From positions 2,914,001 through 2,978,000 of the forward strand of contig NW_026781945.1 of NCBI RefSeq assembly GCF_031769215.1: a stretch of DNA of 64,000 bases, in the 5' to 3' direction. Position 1 is the first letter of the stretch; every line of letters begins with the position of its first letter. Positions 29,385 to 42,489 of the stretch are shown piece after piece. Below the pieces are notes generated by a model. The model was not told where the DNA came from. It saw nothing but the letters and a program-made list of their open reading frames with translations, and ran no database searches. The stretch is from Ylistrum balloti (lineage: Eukaryota). Made by a program: the position numbers and the translations under genes.

Positions 29385-29700
29385 TATTTAGTAATCATCA
29401 GGTTTTAGTATTCAATATGTATTTAGTATTCATCATGTCTTTAATATTCATTATTCATTTAGTATTCATCATGTCTTTAATATTCATCATTCATCTAGTA
29501 TTCATCATGTCTTTAATATTCATCATTCATTTAGTATTCATCATGCCTTTAATATTCATCATTCATTTAGTATTCATCATGTCTTTAATATTCATCATTC
29601 ATTTTCTTTAATATTTCATTCAATATGTGTTTAGGTTTTAGTATCATGTAATAAGTCTTTAATATTCATCATTTATTTAGTATTCAATATGTGAGTAATC
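29385..29700. repeat. 36-bp tandem repeat, ~5 good copies plus degenerate flanks
   Basis: Unit TTTAGTATTCATCATGTCTTTAATATTCATCATTCA. It produces the 12-aa periodic ORF at 29417-29611. Confidence 0.92.
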
Positions 29701-31184
29701 ATGTTTAACATGATTTTAACATTTTTCTCAAAATGAAAAAAAGATCTTCCCTATATTACAATAATACATGTTATTCACAAATTTCCCGCATGCTGTATAT
29801 ATGTGTTGAAGTGACCTAAGACAAGTCCTATAAGGAAATAAAGACTTTGAATACAGGTTATAGGAAAGTTGATACAGACACAATTAAAACTAAACGAGAA
29901 ACAAATGTTGACTGACTTGTCAACGGAAAATATTGAAAGAACAAAGCAAATATCAACATCTTATCCAATTAAAATAACATACTATCAAGATATGAAATAT
30001 TCTATGATAAACACATTGTCTCAAAACACAAGATATTGTTCATTCGCTTTATCATTTCATCCATGGGAAAGAATACTCTACTACCGGTGTGCTATGCAAG
30101 TTGATATTAACAACGCCATGCAAAATAACATCTGAAACAGGATAACAAAAACATTTTCTTTACGCATTTAGATGAAAGACAACACGAAAAAAGCTCTTCT
30201 GGATACTTGATTCGCAGAACGATAGCATTAAAATAAATCAATACAAACAGAACAACATTGGTTGGTTTTGAGTTCAAGGCAACGATTTTTCTACAATGAG
30301 ATAAAATAAAGACTATCAAGTAACGGTGAAACAACCACATTGATTAATTAACGCCTTTAGTCTTGTTTGTCAAAGACCTTTAGTGCTACTGTCTAAAATG
30401 TCTGTGATGCGCTATTGATCAAACCGTCGGCGTTCTAGGTCCGACAGTCCAAAGTGTTAATGAAACATTTCATTTTAACATGATAATGCATCTTGCGGAC
30501 GACCAGGTCAGTTAAACTCTCATACCAATCTGTAAAGGGTTTATAGTCCATTTATTCAGATAATTCTTGAAAGTTATGAACAGGACATGGTAACTCCACG
30601 TACATTGCCAACGAGACGACTGAATCGGAGACACTTATTCTAAAGCAAGCCATCTCAGCCTCCGGTAACAGACAAACTGTGTCCTCTTAAAAACTGATCA
30701 TGCTGCTTATGGTTTCGTGTCCTAATCCAAGTCTACTTTTAGACGTAAGAATGGTAATAATATTACTAAAAATTAGATACTTTAAATTGTTATAACCATC
30801 GGCCTAAAGGTAACGTGCTTATCGCATTACATACAAAATACAGAAAATAAGAGAGTCATGTTCTTAATATATCTAGACTGGGAATTTCAAATGAATATGT
30901 AGGAGTATTCACGAAAACAAATTTCGACAAGTAATCGATTTGATATGTATTTTCCTATTTCAGCACTTTTGAATCCATGTATGACCCTGTTCCAAATGTA
31001 GGGCTCTAAATCAATCACACTATGTTATCACTGAGCCTTTAAACTAATGCCATTAACATTTGCAATTCAACACAAGTAACAACTGCCTAGATTCATAGTA
31101 ACATACCTGTCAAAGGCTTAATAATTATAATTAGGCAGGTTAAATAGCACCTCCTCGGAACGTCATCACCTTCCCAAGTCACCT

Positions 31185-31473
31185 ACCGGAAGTTTACAAG
31201 TGAAACTAAACACCTACTAGTACAAATACACTGAAATGTGTCAAAACGATACATTTTCATAAAGCCAAATAAATGCAGATTTCGTTCATATATTATAAAG
31301 GTATCAATTTAAACCTCCAGAGGGAACAATCCTTGACCAATTAGGTAGGAACTCTAAGTAGATGAAATAGAACTCTAGTTACTAATTGGCTGATTTAGTT
31401 GTGCGAGTCCAGTTAGTAATTCCTGGGTTTGTTCTAACTTTACTCTCGCCAACGATTACGGAAGTACGATTGG
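31185..31473. promoter_or_regulatory. Possible promoter-like motif cluster (ETS and CCAAT boxes)
   Basis: ACCGGAAGT at 31185-31193, CGGAAGT at 31459-31465, CCAAT at 31337, ATTGG at 31385 and 31469. Motif clustering only; no expression evidence. Confidence 0.3.
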
Positions 31474-32394
31474 GACATGGCTGTTGTATGTTGTCATCTC
31501 GATTTTCAGTCGAAGCAATACGGCATCTATGTATCAGACTGTTATATCACATGACGTTTTTAAAAGTCTTCCGCACGTGATATACTGTTAGCTATACTAG
31601 TAGTTTTCTTCGCGATGAATTCGGATCTGTGCATGTTTGCTTGTTACGCAATGCGTTTGTAAAATTGAACGATTGGGGTGTGTAACTTTATAGTTTGTGT
31701 TGATTGCAGTAAATGTTTTTAAACATATGAATACCAATTGGCGTTGTCTGTTCTTTTAGAAAATCTAGATTTAGAAGATGGGAGCAAAGTACGAAGAAAG
31801 GAAAAAAAATATTAAGGAGAGCACCGGAATAAAATCTTCTGCTTCGAAGACAACATCTGTCAATCTAGATCTATCCAAATAATATAATGGTTTCTAATCA
31901 GAAACGGAGCTGACGTAATAACAACGAAACATGTATTCATGTTGATGAGCATTTGATTAATCTGTACTCCTAGAAGCATTATTTGTAAATTTTCAGCCTT
32001 GTTATTGCTTGGAGAAAAACTTACATACCAATGGAGATATTTCTCATTTTCAGGTACAACTAAAGGAAAGCGGGGAGACGGATACTTACAACATCGAATA
32101 CGATTGTCATCCCAAAAGAGGTTAAACAGATATTCTAAAGTACGTATAAACATAACCTGACTTTAAACTGATAGACAGGTAACAAAGTTATGTTTTACAC
32201 ATATCTGTAAACAACATATTTATTTAACAACAATTCAAGTATAAATTGTAACAGGCGATAGAAACTCATACCTGTACAGATCATTTATATCCGATTCAGT
32301 AACAAAATGTATCACAGAATAAAGACAAGTCAGTATATACAAACAACAAACATGCTACTTAAGACTTGTATACATTAAGAAAGTTGCTATCATT

Positions 32395-32620
32395 CCCTTG
32401 TTATGAGAGTATTCTATTCCAAGAAAGGTGAACGACGGTAAACATAAATGGCAGTGATGTACACTGAAGCGTATTTCGTGAAACATATGCATCCAAATCA
32501 AAGAAGAAATATACGGAGATTCAAGCAAGCTTAATTATTTTTATGCAGGAAACGTAATAATGTTTGTAGACAAAGATCAAATTAGTGGTCATCTTATCTG
32601 TAGGTAAAGAAACATGTCAG
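32395..32620. mobile_element. Two Naiad-type RT fragments joined in inverted orientation
   Basis: 32395-32522 (+) encodes EAYFVK..SKSKKKYTE and matches the minus strand of ~4770-4890. 32540-32620 matches the + strand of 5310-5380 and 35680-35710, i.e. the opposite orientation. Confidence 0.6.
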
Positions 32621-33380
32621 TTATGTCAATCTTTAAGTGTGGATATAGCATAGAGTAACACTAACATCTGTTTGTTTCTCATTGTAGATATCAAACTTCT
32701 AACTATTAGAATAATAGACCGAATAAATACTCTGTAAATGCATACAACAATGAAACCATGTACACAAGCGTCGATCACTATTTCACACCAAACAAGAAAT
32801 ACGATATTTCCCAGTGTGATATAATGATGGCGATCACTCATCCTTCCAGTAAACCTGCATTTTTACAAAATATGTTGGATAGAAATCGTTATATCCAGTG
32901 AACATGTAGATATCATACGCGACATAAAACACTGCATGTTTTAGAAGCAAGGTAATTCGTATTTGGAAATCGGAAACGCGTCTCATAGCCATCCTGTCAT
33001 ACGTTTTGAAAGGGAAAGCAAGATTACCGAATAACGATACAGGCGAAAGGTGAAACCAGGACATCATGGTAAAAACCCAAAAGATCTGGCAGAAAACACG
33101 TCAACACTCCATATAAAAAGATCAGTTCACTTGTCTCCTTTTACCATCACGTCAATACAACTGACAAAGCACTTCGTATCATCTGTATCCGCATTTAGTT
33201 AAAAGACAAGCGTGCAGAACTTTGGTATCAATTGATAGCATTAGTTCTTACAAAACAATGTTTCACTTTCCGTGATGTCGTTTAATACCAACGCTTTAAC
33301 ACGTCTATAGTCGACCCAGTGTCTCCAATAAGGCAAGAATCACACACACACACACATATATATGTAATTACGTATATAAA

Positions 33381-34150
33381 AACAATATCAAATTCACAAG
33401 AGGGGATGAAATTAATTACTTAACCATTCCCTGGTATCATTCTTGATTGATTTACAGGTAAATATTCACACGGAGCAAAACATCAACATTAAATTTCTGT
33501 ATAACTCTCTCAGCAGTAGACGCAATAGATATGAAAAACACAAGAGAAGATAACGCCATGAAAACATGTAGATATCCGATTGAGCTCTTAAGAGTGGAAA
33601 GGAAATGGCGAAGAGATAGACCATAGGGGGAAAGATTAAGTGAAAGAGCAATTAATCATTTCGTACATTAAAGGATTATCTTCGACCATCCACAGGATAC
33701 CGGATATTTCGTGGCTATAGCATTGCAACAGCCACGGAATTACGCACGACGCCCCGAAATATCCAGAGGATAAAACATCAAAAGCGAATGTTGCAGAATG
33801 TGTATGCAGAACTTTGACATATTGTATATCGAGGAGATTGGAGAGAGGTTTGGTGCACGATTTAGTAAACACAAGAAATACGTGGAAACCAAAAATGAAG
33901 GAATTTCCCCAGATTAGATCGGACACTATCCGAGTACCAGATCAATAAGGCAGCACTAATTACAGATGATATTACTACGATATAAATTTATAGCATTGAC
34001 TGAGATAGATCTAAACTGTTGATGAATAAAGAAAACAACCATATCAAGTGGAAGATCTAGGAAGCTATCTGGATAAGCCTTGGTATGTCGGTTCTGAAAT
34101 GGAATATATGGGCCCGTAGACTCACGCCTCCCAACGACAGGGTTTTAAAC
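33381..34150 (+). mobile_element. 5'-truncated canonical Penelope-like element (Poseidon/Neptune-like): RT thumb plus C-terminal GIY-YIG endonuclease, degenerate
   Basis: NNIKFTRG, KTCRYP, IISYIKGLSSTIHRI, PKYPEDKTSKANV, C-R-T..ILYIEEIGERFGARFSKHKKYVE (pattern YIGETGR..RF.EH), ID*DRSKLLMNKENNHIKWKI*EAIWI. The element begins just after (CA)8(TA)n at 33341-33363. Confidence 0.8.
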
Positions 34151-35019
34151 AAAGCGTATCCAAATCGATCAGGCCACAGTAACCACTGCATGTACAGATA
34201 TATCTGTTTTCACTATACTCTCATTTCCATCTCGTACATTATTTTCCATTAGGTATATAGAATTATCATACAGTTGAAAAGCCCTGCTGACTTATGTTTA
34301 TCTCATACACCGTATACCTCAGTATACAAACGATTTATTTATGAGATGACAGTATAGTCGTCAAAACGTCACACAGTTTTACCTTGTTCTGATATATGAA
34401 AATATATTAGTTTTGATCAAGAGACCTTTCAGATGTTGCCTGTGCCGTTACATAGAACCGTGTAAGCCTAAACCTAATATCCGGGCTCACGAGGTTAGCG
34501 AGGGAAAATTTTTATCAACCCGGGCACTCATATGACGACATAAACAGGACATATATACCTAGGCAAAATGTATACTATCAGAGACAAAAGTGTGCTGTAT
34601 GGTATATATATTTGATGGCCGAATGATGCATTGAAAACGCTCTCAACATTCATCTAGCGACCGAGGTTCTATTTCCGGTCGGATATGGAAAGTATCGGGT
34701 CACCTAAACAATGACGTGGACTGACCGAGGGTACTTAATTTTCATCTCAAAAGAAAACACGACAAGTTCTTCCGCCATGTAAGAAAGATCGATCGATATG
34801 ATTGATATAGGTGTTTGTGTAATTGTTGCAATCGTTCAATAACAATGCAGTTTGTTAATGACACATCATAATTTTGTGAGAGATATAGGCAATATTTACC
34901 TATGAGTGTGTATTTATCTGTTACAATTATATTAACCCTGCATTAATGTATGAATAATATAAACACAAATTTGCATGAAAGTGGCATTGACCTGTTATTA
35001 GCCTGCAAGTGACATTAAC

Positions 35020-36420
35020 ATTAAGATGAAAAATTCACAATAGAGAAATTTAGTAATCAGTTTGATGGAAAGCTGTCCATGTTGGTTTCATTGCAGGAAA
35101 AGATCAAGATAAGCAGCTGATGTAGAAGAGCATGTCGTACCTTTGTTTCTGGTGGATAGTTATGACGGACGTAGTCAATAAATTTCTTGTTGTTTAAAGG
35201 CACGACGTCATCAATATATCTGCAGGTGAAATTAAACGATTTTGCAAGGTCTTTGGGTTTTGTTGAGCTCTACAATAAATTCAGCCTCGTATGAAAAGAA
35301 GTCAGCCAGTGGGATGCAGTTGGTTCCCATAGGCATGCCACGAGTCGGTTGATTTTACCAGAAAATTCGAGGACGATGTTGATTTCAACAAGTGAATAAA
35401 TAGTATCACAATAAGACAGTATTCCAGATTTAATAGATGGTAAGTAGTCTCGACAAAGGCTTGAATAGTTAGATCTATAAACCGTTATTTATATAGATTC
35501 TTGTGAAGTTTATGGATCCAGTACAAACGGGGAAGGTCCATTTCCTTATCATTAATAGGCAATCTAAATAATTGTATGACCGAAGCATGGTTATCTAGTA
35601 TTTCGTCTTTTGAAAGATTGCATAATGTGGAGGTAGGATTGCCATCATTATCAAGCAACCCCAGTTCTTCTTGTATACAGAAAACGTAATAATGTTTGCA
35701 GACAAGGATACAGTTAAATAGGAAAATACCTATCAGCTAACAAAACCTTACCTTATACATAAAATATATGTCAATAGAGTCTTCAAACACAAATTTGAAC
35801 GAAATTATGGGAAAATACGAACAAAATGAAGATTTAACAGAATCTCCTGACAAAAAATTAAGAAGAAGAATAAGACCAGATGTCAAGGCCAGTGTCCTTT
35901 GTTTGATCGACGACATCCAACGTGCAAATCTTGGTCAAACTTATTGATCAGGCCATAGTGGGAACAAGGTAAACAGCTATGGAATCACCAGGCATACAAA
36001 CGAGCGTTAATTACTTCCAGCTAGGTATCGAGCTAAAGATACATCTTAAAGAGCTCATTATAACACCGTAAAACTTACTCATAATCTTCATCAACCCACA
36101 TCTCTATGAGCTTATCAGTTGTCTTCATCGTGTACAAAATCTTTCTATTGGGTGTAGACTTTAAGATAACGCATACCAAATCAAACAAGTAGACATCACA
36201 GGTTTAGGTTGCAAGAAATCACAATAGGGAAATCATCACAATTATCATGCAGCTTGATGGCAAGCAGCGTATGTTTGTTTAGTTAAAGATATATAACAAA
36301 AGAACCATTGACAAACATTTATTTGAAACATACAGGGAGAAGGAGACCAGGTATTCCGGAAAGGTAAGCGTCTTTTGTTTCATTGACAACACCCGCCATG
36401 TAAATATGAGCAAATCGGAT
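35020..36420 (-). mobile_element. Partial-tandem Naiad-type PLE cluster (tail motif, RT C-terminus, tail, RT middle)
   Basis: Read on the minus strand: tail motif 36420-36335; KLHDNCDDFPIV and KFYG at 36270-36030; tail 35930-35755; then LPRLYWIHKLHKNLYK*RFI, GMPMGTNCIPLAD.FSYEAEF and NFSIVNF at 35720-35020. It is homologous to 4215-5375. Confidence 0.8.
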
Positions 36421-38433
36421 TAGGCTCACAAATGAGAACATGGTTAATAACAACCAAACAAGAAAGTGTACTAACGGACATGAAACAAATTTCACTCCAT
36501 ATTGCAAAAAAGGTAATACAGAATGTGATAATGTTTTCAACCTTAACACATTCCCATTGTCTTAATCAACGTTAATCTTTCGAATCCATGTGTTGTAACA
36601 TTATCTTTCTTCTGTCAGCTCTCGACAACTTTGGTAAATGGTTAGAATTTGGAAAAAGTCGTTGAGCTTCGAATCAAATGTTTTAGCTTTAAATCAATGA
36701 AATCTTACATGGTTTCGTGGACAAGGATGTCTCATCACGAGCGTAAGTGGTTTCCTGGTCAGCAGTAAGCTTATGTATTACATATCTCCATACTTGAGAA
36801 AAATGTAACAGATTGTATGTTGTTGTGTAACTTAATCATCGCAGCATATCCCACGAAATGTTCTTCGATTGATGACGTCATCCATTCACGACAATGTTCA
36901 CGATAATGTCAGAGAAAGCATTAACAGGTAAAACGATAGACAATTTTCATTGCTAGTCATGGTGATTTCAACAACATTATATAGTCATGGTGATTTCTGG
37001 TCATAAGAATACCAATTTATATGCAGTATAATAACAGTGACAGATATATGGTCAGTTGTCTTCGACAATTTCAACTTTAGATACAATACATAAGTGTGAT
37101 AAATATCTGGTATCTTGTCACAGCCATCATTACCGACTCTATACAGTACATAAGTGTGGTAGATACATGATCACTTGTATTTGTCACCAATTCGAACATT
37201 GATGAAAATACTCATTTTATACTGTACACAAGTACGACAGATATCTAGTCACTTTTCAATGCCACCCATACCATATATACAGCACAGAGTTGAGAATTTG
37301 TATGGTCCGTTACAGAATATACCGGTTATAAAGTTAACTCATTAAAACGAAATATTCTAATCACTGTATTTATTACCAATTAAATTTACTGTACTGCACT
37401 GAACATCCCGTCATTATCATCTTTTATTAATCTCAATCTCTGAAGAAGTATAGAACTAGAGAAACTAAATTTTATCTAAACATTTCTGTATTTTGATACC
37501 GTACAGCATACGTCACTGCAAACCATAGTTAATTTGTAATATGTTATTCTATAGATATGTTGATAATTACAAAAGGTCAGACATCATTTTATTGAAAATA
37601 CAGTAGGTGATAAATGATTCCGAAGCACTTTTATCTCAACACGTGTGTCTTACTTAAAATTTATATTTTCCTCGTTCTGTCTCTAACTGCCATTACTCTG
37701 CAACAAATTTGTAAAACTCTACGGATACTTCTGCTATTAAAAATGCGCAATTTTGATAATGATTTAATGTTTGGGATAAGTATTTTTATTCTGAAAAAAA
37801 ATCAATTCATTGAAAGTCATGTTTGTATAACCTAGCGATTTTCGAAGTAAACATACCTTTATTTACCAGCATGGTACATTTTAACATATAACATAGTTTT
37901 CTTTTGATATATTTCGATCAAATTATTATTGGTTTTGTTGCAAAACATACAACTAAGTACTGCTGTTGGTAACCTCTCAGCTTTTTGCTAAACGTATTTT
38001 CCTTGTTTGTTGTGCATATATCAGGAAAATTGAAACATAAAAAAAATAGCCCGTTAAAATGCTTTTAGCCAACCAGTCTTATTTTGGTGCCAGACAGTAT
38101 TAAGATATATTTTTAGAATGGTGCAGAAGTTTCACACAACTTTTCAAAACTTATTACAAATAAATTTGCCGACGGGGCCGGCGAATGACAACATCAATTT
38201 CCACACCTTATTCAATTTTGTGTTTGTGGTTTGCTGTCAGGGTTAGGGCGTAAGAGCGTGAGGTATATCTATGTTAGTCTATGGTCAGATTCCTTTTTGC
38301 TAAGGATCTCTTGTTTATATTTTGTTATCGTTTCATCGATTTCTTTTTTAGACAGCGATTTTGATGGTTTTGTTCGTTTTCAACAACGAACTCGTATATA
38401 TCCATATGTTAGTCTATGTTGTTGTTTACCTAG

Positions 38434-38919
38434 CTCAGCAGCGGATATGGAAAGTAACGTTAATGTCCGTGCCGAATATTTTACGTTTGTCGATATTAAA
38501 ATCAGAATCATAAATGTAGAGGACGGAAGAAAATTCATTGCAAATTGTCCATTATAACTTATATATTGAGCTCCGTGTCCTTTCCTTTTGCATAACTACA
38601 CTGGTAAGAATTGATGATTGATCGGTAAGTAAAATATGGGTCAACATCACAAAGCATTTACAGCCTCATATACATCTACATAACAATTGATAATTTCTTC
38701 TTGTAGGGCTTATCACCGTGTCACAATTCAAACTATATGTCAATTGAATTCCTTATGTTGAGGCTGATGCAGACTTAATCCAATAACGACACCTGTAAAT
38801 GCGTGACGCTGTCAGCAATACAACACAGCAGCTTTGGTATGGACTGGAGCGTCAGTCGATCCGATCAGCGGACGGATAAACTCATATAATCTCACCTCCA
38901 CACCGCGTAACCTTTCAAT
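38434..38919 (+). other. Predicted 5' UTR of the GPCR: exon 38434-38603 (or to 38624), short intron, terminal exon from 38707
   Basis: Acceptor GTTGTTGTTTACCTAG|38434; donors CTG|GTAAGA (38604) or TCG|GTAAGT (38625); acceptor AATTTCTTCTTGTAG|38707. Splice-site pattern only. Confidence 0.4.
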
Positions 38920-39879
38920 ATGGATATTTATGTTTATATTCTGCCTGTCTTTATTGTCACAGGAACAATTGGTAACATGTTGACAATGGCGGTGTATTAC
39001 CAGAAGCCTTTACGTTCTTTTTCCATCGGTATCTATTTATTTGTGTACTCCATAGAAAACACTTTGATTCTGTTTTTAGTGTACGGAGGTTCGTGGATAG
39101 CCCAAGTGACGCCCCACCCTGAGGCGGAAAACCTCTCGGATTGGGGATGTAGAGTCTCGCAATACATGTACAGGATGGTTATGCATTGTGGCATTTGGAT
39201 TTTAGTATCTATGACCCTTGATAGATATATCTATATCTGTCATCCGCACAGGGCAACTGACTTTTGTAAAGTTTTCACGTCAAAAGCGGTCCTGCTTCTG
39301 ATCGCCATTGGAGTTACAGTGGTCAGTATCCATGCAATGTGGACATATGAACTCCGAGATGGCCATTGCATGCCTCTTTTACAAAGCCTCCATTACATAA
39401 TATGGAATTGGTTCTCTGCCAGCTGTCTCTCATTCATTCCTCTTTTGCTTCTCCTCGTACTGGATATCTTATTGGTGATTGGACTTTGTACCCGAGGGTC
39501 TGGAACAAACAGTGTTTGTAAAGATCTGACCAGTACTGTACTCGGACTCTCTCTATTTTATCTTATCCTTGCACTACCCGCTACGATTGTCAACATCATT
39601 TACTATATCATGCCTGGAAGCAGTTTTGCCGATACGAACTTCGTACAAGGATTAAAACAAGCCACGTCCATCGCTAATTACATGAGCTGTGGTAATCAAA
39701 CAGTTATTTTCCTTGTTTGTGTAACATTTTCGTCTTCGTTTCGGGCACAACTAAAGGATCTATTTCTGTGTTGCAATACCAAAAACGACAAAACTGTAAG
39801 TAGAGAGTTGACGATACTAACAGCAATTAAAGACGTTCAGCTCGAGCATTCAAACAATGAAACCGAAACACTCGTATAA
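38920..39879 (+). CDS. Class A (rhodopsin-like) orphan peptide-receptor-type GPCR, 319 aa, single coding exon (FMRFamide/GPR139-like lophotrochozoan expansion type)
   Basis: The only long non-repetitive ORF. It has seven hydrophobic segments, TM1 GTIGN, WGC(3.25)R, TM3 WILVSMTLDRYIYICHP with DRY, ECL2 Cys, TM5 Pro, TM6 Pro, helix 8 FRAQLKDLFLCC and C-terminal ETLV. Confidence 0.95.
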   Translation: MDIYVYILPVFIVTGTIGNMLTMAVYYQKPLRSFSIGIYLFVYSIENTLILFLVYGGSWIAQVTPHPEAENLSDWGCRVSQYMYRMVMHCGIWILVSMTLDRYIYICHPHRATDFCKVFTSKAVLLLIAIGVTVVSIHAMWTYELRDGHCMPLLQSLHYIIWNWFSASCLSFIPLLLLLVLDILLVIGLCTRGSGTNSVCKDLTSTVLGLSLFYLILALPATIVNIIYYIMPGSSFADTNFVQGLKQATSIANYMSCGNQTVIFLVCVTFSSSFRAQLKDLFLCCNTKNDKTVSRELTILTAIKDVQLEHSNNETETLV

Positions 39880-40254
39880 CTTGTGTCATCTACTGTATAA
39901 TCAATGAATGTCGAAACAGTATAATATTTTGAAAACCGAGGTGTATAGACTATCAACATTACATATATGTCTATAGCTTAATTTATCACGTCACTGTCAT
40001 ATTTGATTAATCACCTTCACCTTTCATAAAATGATTTTGATCTTGACTGTACTACTGTTACGGTTGCGTGCAGTTTTCCATGCTTAAATTTCTTGAAACT
40101 TTTTACTTCAGTTTAAGGCTAAAAAGGATGTCACCAAAACTACAGTAAAACGGACTGAAGATTTTCTGTTATTGATCATTCAAGATAATTATCTATTTAT
40201 TATTTTTTTGGTTATTTCACTTTATCTTTAAGATTTGATCATGCCTATCATATG

Positions 40255-40520
40255 TACTAATCAGAATTGGAAACCAACAGCACGACACAATCTTCTTAAC
40301 CAGTCGTTTATCTTATCTTTTTTCTACAACGAAATCAAGAATGACAGCTTTAAACCAAACTGTATGAGAAGCCTGTTGATTGCTAATCTATTTTGAACCT
40401 GCTTCTAAAACTATGCTGTTTACATGTCGTAGTTCATATTCAAGTGTTTATTCCCACTGTTATGATTTTTGCGCAAAATGTCAACAGGTCACAACTGACT
40501 TCTGAAGAAGCAGGTTGGTT
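40255..40520 (+). mobile_element. Highly decayed Naiad-type RT fragment
   Basis: GGAAACCAACAGC (GTNS-like), TTTTTTCTACAACGAAATC (as at 42660), KLYEK and AVYMS-like motifs in the expected order. Confidence 0.5.
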
Positions 40521-42489
40521 AAGATTATGGTAACTCCTTACTTATAGAAAGAGGCTGTATCCTTGCGCGATATGTAGGTGAATGTGTTGGATGCTTATAA
40601 GGCTAAACGTACTGGATGATTCTGCTGTTGTTGCATATAATATAATAATTTACTACAACAAACATAGAATAACTGAATGAAGGGCTTTGAATATTTTTAA
40701 ATATATCTATATTATCATATTCGATAAAACTAGGACAGTCGAAAGCTATTTCTTCTGTGAGACCTCTTTACAATCTTTAAATCATGCAAAAAGATCTGAT
40801 GATGATATATGTATTATTCCAAAAATGAAAGGGTAAAAAGTGTCACTGATGCTGGAAAGTCTGACAGGTGTTATCTCAGACTCTGATTATTATCATTTGG
40901 TAGAATCGTGCTCAAGAAATTAGAAAGTGTTCAGTTTTTCAGTTTTTATACTTTGTAGTCTGTTCCCTATCCGACATATAACTGTTCATAATCAGAAAAG
41001 ATCACAAGAAATCCCTGAAAGGATTTCCTATGTATTTTACTAGAAGCAGATAAAAACCTGCCAAAAATTTTGTAGAATTCTATTTTGAAATACATGTTAA
41101 ATGACAGAAACATACATTGTACCAAATATTATTATCACGTGATATCGTGCAATAGTGAATGTTTCTTATACTAGTATATAACCTCAGACTATGAAATCGC
41201 AATGTATGTAGTGTATTATAGTGAGAGCTAGAGTGACTTTAAGATGGTGGTACCTCTGCAGTATTTGCTATCAAATTATACTGAAATATTTATTATTTAA
41301 TTGAACACTTTTATAAGACCCCGTGTTAAAGTAATGTTACAAACTATCACGTTTAATTTGTGTACAATCTTCTGATAATATCATGTTTCGTTCATTTTGT
41401 TCTGCTTATTCATATATTCATCTTTAATTATTGAAAACAAACCAATTGACGTGAGGAACTCATGAGTACAAGGACACAAATAAAGGTGTATTTTCAAATT
41501 ATTGGTGAGTCTGTATTTTCAGAATTATCAACAATAAAAGACAAAGATCTAAATTTTGGTAAAACAAGAAGAAAAAAAAATGGGCGACAAAAAAGACCCC
41601 ACAAAATAGGGGTTGCAGCCATGGCAACTTCACGAAGAATAATAAACATTATATGATGATGATTATGTAATACCAAGATGAAATCACAAAATATCTAAAA
41701 CGTATATTGCAACAAATACATGTATTGTCAGCATGGTACACAAAATACAATAACCATTCTGCATACCCTCTTTTGTCACATTTCATAAAACTGCCTTACT
41801 ATATATTACCAATAACTGCTTAAATAATACGCTAGGACCACGTCTACTTAGCCATTTTCTTCAATTATAGAAAATTGGATCTTGGATTGTACAAAACACG
41901 TTCAAGTGAATAGCTAGGTACAGCGGATACACTATATATAACTACGTGGTACATATTGCTCTAGAGGCCTCAAATATTAGGAGTCGACTGATGAATATTG
42001 GTTAAAATCTGTCAAAAATACAAATAGTAGTTGCACATAATTCAATACACTGCATAATTGTTAATATACATTGATTTCCAAATAACATCTTTAACAGTTG
42101 TATGAGTATGAACTGTGCCAATATTCAAGTAAACTTTAAGTTGCAGGTTACGACTACTAACACTTCAAAGTAAATCTCTAGCGATTGTAAAATTATATAT
42201 ATATATATATATAACACAAAACAAAAGACTGATAAGTGGGTTGTTGTTCCTAGTACAGCAAGAATAATGGGGGGGGGGGGGGTTTATATATTCTCTATAT
42301 ATATATATCGTGAAATAGTGTAGTTGTAGAGTTTACTGTAATATGATATACATTTAGCTATCAGAGGAGACGCAATGGAATCAGTCCGACAGCTAGGGAT
42401 AATCTGGCAAACAAAGAGTAGCATAGATAAGGTTTGTTTAGTGACTGTGTCATCAACAAGACGTTAAATAGATCTATATCATTAACCTG

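Noticed and set aside
33636-33926. Minus-strand ORF containing SCTKPLSNLL, resembling the Naiad RT motif STKPLSKLL
   Set aside because: It is the antisense of the much better supported plus-strand GIY-YIG endonuclease remnant.
36620-36668. Imperfect hairpin CTCGACAACTTT...AAAGTCGTTGAG
   Set aside because: The stem is only 12 bp with a mismatch and a wobble; expected by chance in 64 kb.
38238-38248. TTAGGG telomere-like words
   Set aside because: Fewer than two full units.
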